Notes under the pieces: generated by a model | The model's database searches: none | The model's input: only the letters and a program-made list of their open reading frames with translations | What the model was told of the DNA's origin: nothing | Shown here: in pieces, positions 10,042-18,320 of the stretch | Layout: every line of letters begins with the position of its first letter | Numbering within the stretch: position 1 is the first letter of the stretch | Translations under genes and position numbers: made by a program | From: a virus | Lineage: Duplodnaviria > Caudoviricetes | Virus record (IMG/VR): IMGVR_UViG_3300027644_000039 | Span: 1 to 29,683 of that record | Length of the DNA stretch: 29,683 nucleotides | Direction: 5' to 3' (one strand)

Positions 10042-10072
10042 AAAAAAGGGCCTCTTGCGGGGCCCTTTTTTT
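10042..10072. terminator. Bidirectional rho-independent terminator downstream of gp23
   Basis: AAAAAA-GGGCCTC-TTGC-GGGGCCC-TTTTTTT. Confidence 0.9.
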
Positions 10073-10116
10073 ATATATACTGCTAAAAATAATAACTGTA
10101 TAGAATAAATATTTGT

Positions 10117-10506
10117 ATGGCATTCATACGATTTGACAACACTCTAGCAGACCCAGCATCTACCACACCTGTGACATTGAATCTATCTCTCACCTCAAAA
10201 GGGGTAGTTCTTGAAACGCTAGGTACAAATGCAAAATATCTTGTTTTTCAAGATGCAAGCCGTACGTTGACTACATTGCAACAAACATTGTCAACGCCAG
10301 ATGGCACAAAATTCAGAGCCGATATTGCCTACAAAGATGCACAATTTGGAATCATTAACACCGACAATACTTCTACAATCTTTACATTAGTGACCGGCAG
10401 TGGTGCTCCCAATAGAGTTACATATGTAACACAGTCAGTTACTTCCAATAATTACGATTCACAGAGTTTTGTTGATTTTCAGAGGCTCTGGAATCTTAAC
10501 GGCTAA
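10117..10506 (+). CDS. Hypothetical beta-rich protein, possibly virion structural
   Basis: 129-aa Thr-rich ORF directly after the capsid gene, with its own TAAATA-N5-ATG. Confidence 0.6.
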   Translation: MAFIRFDNTLADPASTTPVTLNLSLTSKGVVLETLGTNAKYLVFQDASRTLTTLQQTLSTPDGTKFRADIAYKDAQFGIINTDNTSTIFTLVTGSGAPNRVTYVTQSVTSNNYDSQSFVDFQRLWNLNG

Positions 10507-11427
10507 TTATTGCCGTACAGTCTTCGGAAAATACTTAAACTTATCCCACATAGCATGATTCTGTTTTAATAGCTCTTGGCTATTAGCTCTAATAGGATTA
10601 ATGTCAATACCGCCTCGTCTAACATATAGGCATGATACCATCAGTTCTTCAGGTTTAACTAAATCATATAACCGTTTGTATATAGTCTCACAAATCTCTT
10701 CATGAAAATGACATTCATCTCTAAATGAGACAATGTACTGTAATAACGAGGTTTGGTTAAGCTGATAAGGCCCTTTATAATGAATATAAACATCCCCCCA
10801 ATCCGGTTGAGATGTGACCCTGCAATTACTCTTTAATAGGGCTGAATGAAAGCGTTGTACTTTATTTGAATCACCTTCTGTCCAACCGAGCAAAGAAGGA
10901 TCTTCCTTATAACCGCGAGATTTAATTGACGTAACGTCTATATTATTTTCCAAAGTCGGATAGTCAGCGGTGGCAAATAAAGGCGGATAATACATCGCAT
11001 CATCAATAGCTTTTGTAAGCTTAACACAGACTCTAACTTCTGTTTCTAGTAGTTTAGATAAATCATTTTCCATGACTGCTTCAAGCTGCTGTAATACACT
11101 AATAATATTGCCTTGATATGTCTCCATATTAAACGAATTCATATAGAGCTTAATAGACTTTGATTCAACGATATATTTGTTAGTGGCCGGATATACAACC
11201 TTAGCAATAGCAGCAATAGGCATACCATCTTGTGTTAAGCAAGATACTTCATAAGCATTCCAAATATCATAGCCACAAAACGGAGGATTATCATCAGAAA
11301 TATCTAAATGCTTTCTATTGTTCTGCCTTGGCTCACGAACCAAAAGAGAAGGATCATATGTGCATTTGTACCCAGTTATTCTACCAAGATGCTTTGATAT
11401 GTTACTGTTATCTAATTGCGTATTCAT
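10507..11427 (-). CDS. queF: NADPH-dependent preQ0 (7-cyano-7-deazaguanine) reductase QueF, two-domain type
   Basis: DIWNAYEVS, VESKSIKLYMNSFN, LKSNCRVTSQPDWG (catalytic Cys/Asp), FHEEICE, YVRRGGIDINP. Confidence 0.95.
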   Translation of the reverse strand: MNTQLDNSNISKHLGRITGYKCTYDPSLLVREPRQNNRKHLDISDDNPPFCGYDIWNAYEVSCLTQDGMPIAAIAKVVYPATNKYIVESKSIKLYMNSFNMETYQGNIISVLQQLEAVMENDLSKLLETEVRVCVKLTKAIDDAMYYPPLFATADYPTLENNIDVTSIKSRGYKEDPSLLGWTEGDSNKVQRFHSALLKSNCRVTSQPDWGDVYIHYKGPYQLNQTSLLQYIVSFRDECHFHEEICETIYKRLYDLVKPEELMVSCLYVRRGGIDINPIRANSQELLKQNHAMWDKFKYFPKTVRQ

Positions 11428-11986
11428 TAAGTTTTATTTTAATCGCTTCCATTCGTTCTTCAACTGTTCCTTTTAAAATAGTTACCTTACCTTTTAATCT
11501 TTCATCAGATAACCAAAAGTTTTCATACTTATCAATAATTGCATCTCTAAATTCCTTATTAATACTTCTCTCACCATCATCAACTAACGGAACATCATGC
11601 GGACTTGGATAAAAGATATGATCATATTTGTTGATATAGTTTACATAGTACATTAATCCTAAGCTATTAGACACAGGAAAATCATTCAGTCTGTCACGAG
11701 CAAAATAACTCGTAAATATCATTCCATCCATTATACAACGGTCATGCAATATACCTTGAAATCCAAATCCTTTATAATTATAAAATAAATTCTCAAACTC
11801 TTTGTTAAGAATTAAAGTCTGAGTTATATCATTTGCACCTGCCTCGTTAATATCCACCCCATGCTCGCGTTTAATTAGTCTCGTGACTTCATCAATATAG
11901 CATAACTTCGAACCATAATACTCTTTACATTTCTTTAAAAGAGTAGTCTTACCCGAACACTGAGGACCTGTAAATGTAAATATCAT
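11408..11986 (-). CDS. P-loop nucleotide kinase-like protein (NadR/AAA_28 type)
   Basis: N-terminal GPQCSGKTT, HDRCIMDG, DDGER lid, LKGTVEER. Confidence 0.75.
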   Translation of the reverse strand: MIFTFTGPQCSGKTTLLKKCKEYYGSKLCYIDEVTRLIKREHGVDINEAGANDITQTLILNKEFENLFYNYKGFGFQGILHDRCIMDGMIFTSYFARDRLNDFPVSNSLGLMYYVNYINKYDHIFYPSPHDVPLVDDGERSINKEFRDAIIDKYENFWLSDERLKGKVTILKGTVEERMEAIKIKLNEYAIR

Positions 11987-12153
11987 TTTTTAAGTATTTT
12001 AGCTGAATATTCTAACTCAATGCCATATAAAAGTTCTTTTAATGTTTTTACTTCTTCACGAAGAACACGATTTGTTTGTTCAGATGCTTCTAGTTTTTTC
12101 TGCAAAGCAGTCTTACTTTCGGTTACTCGTCTATACCAATGCATTAAAGACAT
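11983..12153 (-). CDS. 56-aa coiled-coil hypothetical protein (not in ORF track)
   Basis: MSLMHWYRRVTESKTALQKKLEASEQTNRVLREEVKTLKELLYGIELEYSAKILKK; fills the gap exactly, with ATGA overlap to the kinase. Confidence 0.7.
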   Translation of the reverse strand: MSLMHWYRRVTESKTALQKKLEASEQTNRVLREEVKTLKELLYGIELEYSAKILKK

Positions 12154-12155
12154 CT

Positions 12156-12503
12156 TTATTTACCCCACTTACCATTATATACTATTTCTGCAATAATGCC
12201 ATACACTGCAGAATCTCTAAATGCATCCATAACTGGTTCGTTTGCAGAGCTCATTGCTTTTTTCTTTAAAACTAAATTAATTAAGCGCTGAATTTTATCA
12301 TTAAGACGAACCACAATAGCGGATATTGCAGCAAATTTATCTTCTTGTTTTACTAGATCAGAACCAAGAGAAATATTACCAGGACCGTAATCAAACTGTT
12401 TCTTACAAAATGTCTCATATAATTCAGTCTGTATTTTCTGAAACTCTTTACACGTTTCTGGAAAATTTTTTTCTACATATTTAATGGCATCCTCTTTATT
12501 CAT
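12156..12503 (-). CDS. DUF1599 / nucleotide-modification-associated all-alpha protein
   Basis: KKQFDYG, VRLNDKIQRL, D...D.AVYGII pattern. Confidence 0.72.
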   Translation of the reverse strand: MNKEDAIKYVEKNFPETCKEFQKIQTELYETFCKKQFDYGPGNISLGSDLVKQEDKFAAISAIVVRLNDKIQRLINLVLKKKAMSSANEPVMDAFRDSAVYGIIAEIVYNGKWGK

Positions 12504-13459
12504 AATCTCACTCCGTAATTCACTTTATTTAAATTTAACGAACCGAGATTGCAACCACCTGCATAACTAATTGCACTTTGAAGATCTTGCTTTATTTCTT
12601 GAAGTTTTTCTTGATACGTAAAAGTATCAGTGTCCATAAGCTTCATTGTACCTTCAATATTTTTCTTTTCAATTTTATTATGTACACTGGCAGATCCAAA
12701 ATATTGCTTGAACCGTCTCCCGCTTGCATCTTTAACAAGAGGTGCGGGGCTATCTGAGCATGCAGCAAATATAGAACCGCACATCACCATATTAGCGCCT
12801 GCAACTAATGCCTTAGCAATATCACCATTACTACGCACACCGCCATCCGCAATGATAGGAATATTTTTATCTTTTGCACACTCCATAATGCAACTAAACA
12901 TCGGATAAGTAAATCCTGTCTTGTCTTTTGTTGTGCATGCATATCCGCCGCCAATACCAACCTTTACAGCATCAGCTCCAGCATCATGCAAATACTCTAC
13001 ACCTTGAAATGATGCAACATTACCAGCAATAATTTTAGCAGACGGCAATACATGTTTAATATGCTTAATCTGATCTGCTACTTTTAAATGGTGACCATGC
13101 GCAACATCTATTGTGATGAAATCGACCTTCATCATGCTTTGCCCAATGGCCGTTAATATATTCTTATCTTTATGCTGTATACCAATGCTTATAGATATGA
13201 CATTAAATTTACGCGAATTTGCATGCCGTACAAAACTTTGTATATCATTATCAAACCGGTGCATAACATAGAAATAACCGTGTTTATCCAAAAGCTCGCA
13301 TGTGTTCTCATCAATACAGCACTTCATATTAGCAGGAAGAACTGGTAGCTTAAAATCATATCCGCAGAATAATACGTTTGTATCTATCTCTGCTCTCGAC
13401 TTTATTGTATTAAAATTAGGCTTGAGAAATACATTCTCGTAATGTAGAGATATATCCAT
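12500..13459 (-). CDS. guaC: GMP reductase (GuaC; IMPDH/GMPR family, no CBS domains)
   Basis: PANM, YVMHRF, ITIDVAHGH, IAGNV, KVGIGGGYACTTK..TGF, IIADGG, LQSAISYAGG; 319 aa. Confidence 0.88.
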   Translation of the reverse strand: MDISLHYENVFLKPNFNTIKSRAEIDTNVLFCGYDFKLPVLPANMKCCIDENTCELLDKHGYFYVMHRFDNDIQSFVRHANSRKFNVISISIGIQHKDKNILTAIGQSMMKVDFITIDVAHGHHLKVADQIKHIKHVLPSAKIIAGNVASFQGVEYLHDAGADAVKVGIGGGYACTTKDKTGFTYPMFSCIMECAKDKNIPIIADGGVRSNGDIAKALVAGANMVMCGSIFAACSDSPAPLVKDASGRRFKQYFGSASVHNKIEKKNIEGTMKLMDTDTFTYQEKLQEIKQDLQSAISYAGGCNLGSLNLNKVNYGVRL

Positions 13460-13460
13460 T

Positions 13461-14033
13461 TTAACGTTCTAAAATTTTATATGCTGTAAAGAAGCTTTTC
13501 CAGAGGTCTAAAGCAGTATCACGTAGTGCACCATATACACCGTCAAGAGTCATGCCCTCAATGCTTACTCCCTGACTCATTAATATATCTCCCTCATCTA
13601 CACCCGGTGTAACTCTATGTATAACACAGCCTGCAAGTTTATAGCCCTCTATAAAGGCTCTTTCTTGGGGGTTATATCCCTTAAGCGCGGGAAACTTATC
13701 AATAAGACCAGGATGTAAATTATATATTTCATACTGTTCACAAATTTCTTTTGGAATTATTCTTAGATATCCGTGTAATGTAATTATAGGATTATCATAC
13801 CTTGATAAAACATTTTTATAGTCTATTAATTCAGGTTTAGGCGGAATATGACACCAGCAATGCGTCATATTAAGTTTTGTTGCTCTAAATGTTGTCAGTT
13901 CGATAAGCTTTTTATTTACTCCATCTGTATTATGTTTATTGTGAATTACGCAATCAGGATATATTCCTAACGCATTACTAAGATCATAAATCTCAGTACC
14001 TGTTTGAGAGAAAAATGTTACCCAAGGTCTCAT
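13461..14033 (-). CDS. PurN-like formyltransferase (candidate DpdN preQ1 formyltransferase)
   Basis: FSQTGTE phosphate loop, LHGYLRII, NLHPG (catalytic Asn/His), GCVIHRV..GVDEG (catalytic Asp). Confidence 0.85.
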   Translation of the reverse strand: MRPWVTFFSQTGTEIYDLSNALGIYPDCVIHNKHNTDGVNKKLIELTTFRATKLNMTHCWCHIPPKPELIDYKNVLSRYDNPIITLHGYLRIIPKEICEQYEIYNLHPGLIDKFPALKGYNPQERAFIEGYKLAGCVIHRVTPGVDEGDILMSQGVSIEGMTLDGVYGALRDTALDLWKSFFTAYKILER

Positions 14034-14842
14034 CTACGAACAATCTTCTTAAACATTGTAGTATTATACTTTACAAGTTCAAGCTGACCATCAGTAAAAT
14101 TATGTGCAATAAGGTCAGCTAATTTTGTTGACGGTTTATTATCTAGTCCATAATCAGCATCGTACTTTAATCCATGTATAGCAGCAACAACGGGATTACT
14201 GGTATCGCAACTAACAATATTGTGAATATTTCTATCAACATAAAATCTAAATTCTTTAGCTAAAGAGCAACCAAGAAGATGATGAGGTTTGGTCCAATTC
14301 CATACCCCATTACTTATTAAGTCATTTATAAAGCGCTGACGACCGGTGCACCACTTTTCGAGATGTGTCCCGCCTTCTCCAGTAATTTGATAGTAACTAA
14401 AATCAAAACTAATTGCAATCATATCCGCATTATCTGACATAAACTTATAGCACTCTTTTAATTCATGCCAAGTCTTGCCCTGTACAGCGCCTATCGCTTT
14501 TGTCAAAAAGCTACTCTTAATATCTTTTGTATATACATCAAAGGCTCTAAAGCTTTGTATTGTGCCTTGAGTATCCTCTAATACATCTGGAACAATAAAC
14601 ATATTAGGTTTAATTTCCTTAGCTTTTATCCAAAATTCTCGACTATCAAAAGCTTTGCCTAATTCAAAAATAGAGTTATCAAGCAGCACCTCTCTATCAT
14701 AAGTAAACCTAGCAGATTTAAAAAAATCGTTATATTGAGGATATTGATCTAATAAATGTACAAGACAGTAATCAAAATCGTTATATTCTTTGGAAAAATC
14801 AAGTATCGATACAGGCGACTCATGTGATACTTTCATTAGCAT
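14030..14842 (-). CDS. TGT/DpdA-like guanine transglycosylase (TIM barrel)
   Basis: LLDNSIFE, PDVL, GAVQG, HHLLG and SCDTS occur in the order of TGT-family motifs; operon context with queF. Confidence 0.72.
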   Translation of the reverse strand: MLMKVSHESPVSILDFSKEYNDFDYCLVHLLDQYPQYNDFFKSARFTYDREVLLDNSIFELGKAFDSREFWIKAKEIKPNMFIVPDVLEDTQGTIQSFRAFDVYTKDIKSSFLTKAIGAVQGKTWHELKECYKFMSDNADMIAISFDFSYYQITGEGGTHLEKWCTGRQRFINDLISNGVWNWTKPHHLLGCSLAKEFRFYVDRNIHNIVSCDTSNPVVAAIHGLKYDADYGLDNKPSTKLADLIAHNFTDGQLELVKYNTTMFKKIVRR

Positions 14843-14848
14843 ATCTGT

Positions 14849-14877
14849 ATTATAAATGTAAATAATAGATAGATCAA
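14849..14877 (-). promoter_or_regulatory. Sigma70-type promoter of the base-modification operon
   Basis: Minus strand TTGATC-N17-TATAAT, 6 nt before ATG 14842. Confidence 0.75.
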
Positions 14878-14878
14878 C

Positions 14879-17800
14879 ATGAATTATCCAAAATATTACG
14901 GTAATTATCTAGGTATAGTTGTACAGAATAATGACCCGCTTAAGAGAGGTCGCGTTAAGGTGTTTGTGCCACATATATCGCCTACCGTTTACAGCAAATG
15001 GGTTGAAACGGGTAAGGACAAATGTTTTAAGTTCTTAGGCAAAAATGTATATAGCGACCTTTCAGATGTTCATGATGAACTTAAAAAAATTCTTCCCTGG
15101 GCTGAAATTGCGGCTCCTCTTGCCGGAGAAAGCGGTAGCGGAAGATTTAATGCACATTTTAATATTGGTACAATTAGTGATAGCAGTAATATAAAGCAAG
15201 CTTTTAGTAACGCAGATAATTGTGAAATTGATTACTCAAAAACAAATGAGTATAGTCAAAATTTAGATAATATTGGTGAAAAGCCAGGCTTTATATATGA
15301 TGTTTCATACTATAAGTTAAAAGATGCATTTGCAGACCCGCAAGAAAGTAATGCAAATAATGTAAACATTTTTACCTATAATTATACTCCAGAATGTTAC
15401 AGCAATTGTGCAAAAGGAGCATTTCCCGTTATAAATGTTGGTGCGCATGTGTGGGTGTTTTTTAATAATGGTGATCCACTTAAGCCTGTAATCTTTGGAA
15501 CCTCTTACGGGTCGGATGATTGGGGAAGTATTTTTGGTATTGCTAATACTGAGGGTACGCAATTATCTGCAGCGCCAGATGAAGGTATGGATTATCCAGG
15601 TGCGTTTGAAAATGCAGCGCTGTCCGGTAGCGAAGTCGGTTATGACATTAATACAGACACATACCGTAACAAATATGTGTTAAATCAAAAAGGTGGTACT
15701 ATAGCTATTGTTAATACTGACAACCGTGAAATGCTTAAATTTACTCATTACTCCGGTTCATTTAAAGAATTTAATAACCATACTACAATTGAGCTTGCCA
15801 CAAATAATGATCAAAAGCTAGTTCTCGGCGATTCATTTCTTACTATCCGAGGATCAAGAAATGAATTTACACAATTTGATTATGACTGTATTGTTAAAGG
15901 TGATTTGTATAAAAAAGTTGGTAACCTAGATAGCGAGCTACATAAGCAGTGGCGCGAAACTGCAAGAGAGATTGCAGATATAAGACAATTATTCGATATA
16001 CAGAGAACGGGCAGCTATAGTAGCGTCGGTGGTTCAGCGCGCACTGCACCGGGTCAATCTAGAAGCGGTACACCGGATAAGTGCCCGGTTTGTAATAAGG
16101 ATACAAACAAATATAATGCTGTTAATACATCGTACAAGAAAACATATGTAAATAAAACTAACAGAACAACAGCAAATTCGCAAGGTGACTTTACATTTGC
16201 GCAGACTATTCTTCCTGGTGTTGGTGGAGGTAGAGTGCCAAGTGTGCCTAACCTTGGAAACCTTGCCACGCCTCTAAGAGTTTCACCTACCGATGGATTA
16301 GGTGGATCTGTAGATGGAAGTACAGGAATGAATAGACCGGGAATGATTTTTGGTGAAACATGTCCCGCATGCGGTGGCTCAGGATTAAGCCCAAGTTCTC
16401 AAGGTGGAAAATGGTCTACAGAAACAAGAAAAGCAAACCTACAAAACATTTTACAACAAAAAATTTGTGAATTAGCTGACATTGAGAAAAAAATGGGCAT
16501 TGGTGGAAGTGAAATTGTTAATATTACAAAGCATAAAGTTGAAAATATTGGACAAGCAATGAATGATTATGGTGCTGTTCGAATAGATCCAAAAGGTAAA
16601 ATGTATGTGTCGGATGTTAAGGTCGCAAAGTATGGTACGTATTACAACAGAACACCGACACCTCTTGTGGAAATGGTTCAGGTGCCTGATCTCCCCTCTG
16701 GTAATTACACTCTTAATGTTGGTAACAAATACAATTGTATGGTAGGCGCTGGTGGTATGAATATGAAGTCTTACGGTGCAGTTAATATTAGCGGCGCAAT
16801 GACAAACGTTGCAGGTTCTCAAGTTAATATTTCTAGTGAAAACGAGGTTACTATTGATGGAGGTAAGCGTATTAATATTACTGGCGATGTTGTAAGTCTT
16901 AAGCAAAGAGATAAGAAGCAAGTTGTTGTTGAAGGGTCTCTGGGTATTACGAATAACGCTGCGGTTGCAGGCGGCTTGCATGTTGAGGGTGAAGGTACAT
17001 TCAATCATATTACAATGCCTAAACAAATTATGGCTACCGAACAAGCACAAGTCTTCGGTGCAGCTGCAACAGATCAATCAAACGGTAACGGTAAAATTAT
17101 AGGCTTCGGTGCACCGTTAGCAGATTACCCTACACAGGCAACAGATCCTAATGGTGGTTTATATTTTAGTCCTGATGTACCGGGTGCTCCAGCGTTTATA
17201 GGAATTACTGATATGAAGCTTACGATTGGGCGTATTAGAGGTTCAACTAGTACAGGTCCAGGCGGCGGTACATGGGATGTGATAGGATACATACCCATTG
17301 GTGGTACAACAACATTAAATCCTGCGTTTGGGTGGGTTGCAACAAATGAGGCTAAAAATGCAGTTGATGCTGGTCCTCCTGTACCTGTACCAATGCCTAA
17401 TACTGTGCCAATACCCATATATGGTGGCATAGCGGAGGGCGCCGGGACAGGTCTTGTACCATCTGCTGCTGTAGATTCATTTATCTATGGAACAGGTACA
17501 CCAACTATCAGAGGCGCTTTCACAAAGAGCGGAGGCGGTACAGCAGACGGGGGTGTTATACAATCAATAGCTATTAATAATCAAACAGCAGCTAGAATGC
17601 CTTTAGCTTTATTCGGTACCGGGCGTCAAGCAGATTCATTTGTATTTGAACCGCATAGTCATTTATTCCCTGCACCTGCAATGACATTAACTGATACAAA
17701 TATGGCTACAAGAGAAAAAGCGGTTGGAAAAGATGCTCCTATTAATGCTGAACCGCCTGTAAATGCTCCGACATTAACGAACGAACCAGTAACTAATTAG
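14879..17800 (+). CDS. gp5: Baseplate central spike/hub (gp5/VgrG-like), 973 aa, no recognisable lysozyme domain
   Basis: N-terminal OB fold GIVVQNNDPLKRGRVKV...LPWA...G.HVWVFF.NGD...PVI, H.SGSF.E motif, beta-helix-like repeats, C-terminal PHSH. Confidence 0.75.
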   Translation: MNYPKYYGNYLGIVVQNNDPLKRGRVKVFVPHISPTVYSKWVETGKDKCFKFLGKNVYSDLSDVHDELKKILPWAEIAAPLAGESGSGRFNAHFNIGTISDSSNIKQAFSNADNCEIDYSKTNEYSQNLDNIGEKPGFIYDVSYYKLKDAFADPQESNANNVNIFTYNYTPECYSNCAKGAFPVINVGAHVWVFFNNGDPLKPVIFGTSYGSDDWGSIFGIANTEGTQLSAAPDEGMDYPGAFENAALSGSEVGYDINTDTYRNKYVLNQKGGTIAIVNTDNREMLKFTHYSGSFKEFNNHTTIELATNNDQKLVLGDSFLTIRGSRNEFTQFDYDCIVKGDLYKKVGNLDSELHKQWRETAREIADIRQLFDIQRTGSYSSVGGSARTAPGQSRSGTPDKCPVCNKDTNKYNAVNTSYKKTYVNKTNRTTANSQGDFTFAQTILPGVGGGRVPSVPNLGNLATPLRVSPTDGLGGSVDGSTGMNRPGMIFGETCPACGGSGLSPSSQGGKWSTETRKANLQNILQQKICELADIEKKMGIGGSEIVNITKHKVENIGQAMNDYGAVRIDPKGKMYVSDVKVAKYGTYYNRTPTPLVEMVQVPDLPSGNYTLNVGNKYNCMVGAGGMNMKSYGAVNISGAMTNVAGSQVNISSENEVTIDGGKRINITGDVVSLKQRDKKQVVVEGSLGITNNAAVAGGLHVEGEGTFNHITMPKQIMATEQAQVFGAAATDQSNGNGKIIGFGAPLADYPTQATDPNGGLYFSPDVPGAPAFIGITDMKLTIGRIRGSTSTGPGGGTWDVIGYIPIGGTTTLNPAFGWVATNEAKNAVDAGPPVPVPMPNTVPIPIYGGIAEGAGTGLVPSAAVDSFIYGTGTPTIRGAFTKSGGGTADGGVIQSIAINNQTAARMPLALFGTGRQADSFVFEPHSHLFPAPAMTLTDTNMATREKAVGKDAPINAEPPVNAPTLTNEPVTN

Positions 17801-17990
17801 GTCTTGTTTTACGCCAGGCAGTTCTATGATTAGAAACCCAGTCAATTAAAGCACGCTCAAAACCAACATCCCTACCCTCACGTTCAGACATACACCATTT
17901 ATGCTTATGTATCTCGTCTCTCTCAGCATGAAACTCTCTATATAGAGCTGTATTTTGTATTAACACGCAAACTGACGATAAGGTCGTCAT
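17793..17990 (-). CDS. Small DUF4032-like protein
   Basis: LYREF.AERDEI.KHKW..SE..G.DVGFE.AL.DW...H...WR; TAAATA-N5-ATG. Confidence 0.65.
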   Translation of the reverse strand: MTTLSSVCVLIQNTALYREFHAERDEIHKHKWCMSEREGRDVGFERALIDWVSNHRTAWRKTRPN

Positions 17991-18004
17991 GTTATTATTT
18001 AATC

Positions 18005-18090
18005 ATTTTTACAGTAAAATACATACATCAGTAACCTCAAAAGGTTCCCACCTACCCACCCCTGATGTATAAAATACAACTTCTCCTTCA
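18005..18090 (-). ncRNA. Candidate structured small RNA
   Basis: TAAATA at 18101-18096 with no start codon at +1. 9-bp stem (18023-18031/18062-18070) encloses a G-rich tract and a 5-bp hairpin. Ends approximate. Confidence 0.4.
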
Positions 18091-18098
18091 GAATTTAT

Positions 18099-18320
18099 TT
18101 ATGATTGAGCGGATAATTTTTCTTTAAGACTATTAAAAATTTCTTGCTTTTCTTCTAGCGCTTGCGGCTTTAATATATCAATAAGTTTTAATACGACAGG
18201 TATACGTAGTGCTTTTAATACTTCGAAATTAGGCTCGAACGGTAAAAATTTACCACCAATAAGATATAAAATAGAAATTTCTTCTTCCGTGAGGCTGTTA
18301 AGCGTATATGAAAAAATCAT
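18099..18320 (-). CDS. Hypothetical protein, 73 aa
   Basis: ORF overlaps the nrdB stop by 4 nt; helical composition. Confidence 0.6.
   Translation of the reverse strand: MIFSYTLNSLTEEEISILYLIGGKFLPFEPNFEVLKALRIPVVLKLIDILKPQALEEKQEIFNSLKEKLSAQS

Noticed and set aside
12500-14033. Reading guaC and the PurN-like gene as IMPDH and de novo purine synthesis
   Set aside because: Length and motifs fit GMP reductase better; no other pur genes are present, and the context is queF plus a TGT-like gene.
15317-17430. Several antisense ORFs of up to 201 aa inside the gp5-like gene
   Set aside because: Fully nested, with the composition expected from reverse-frame reading and no start signals.
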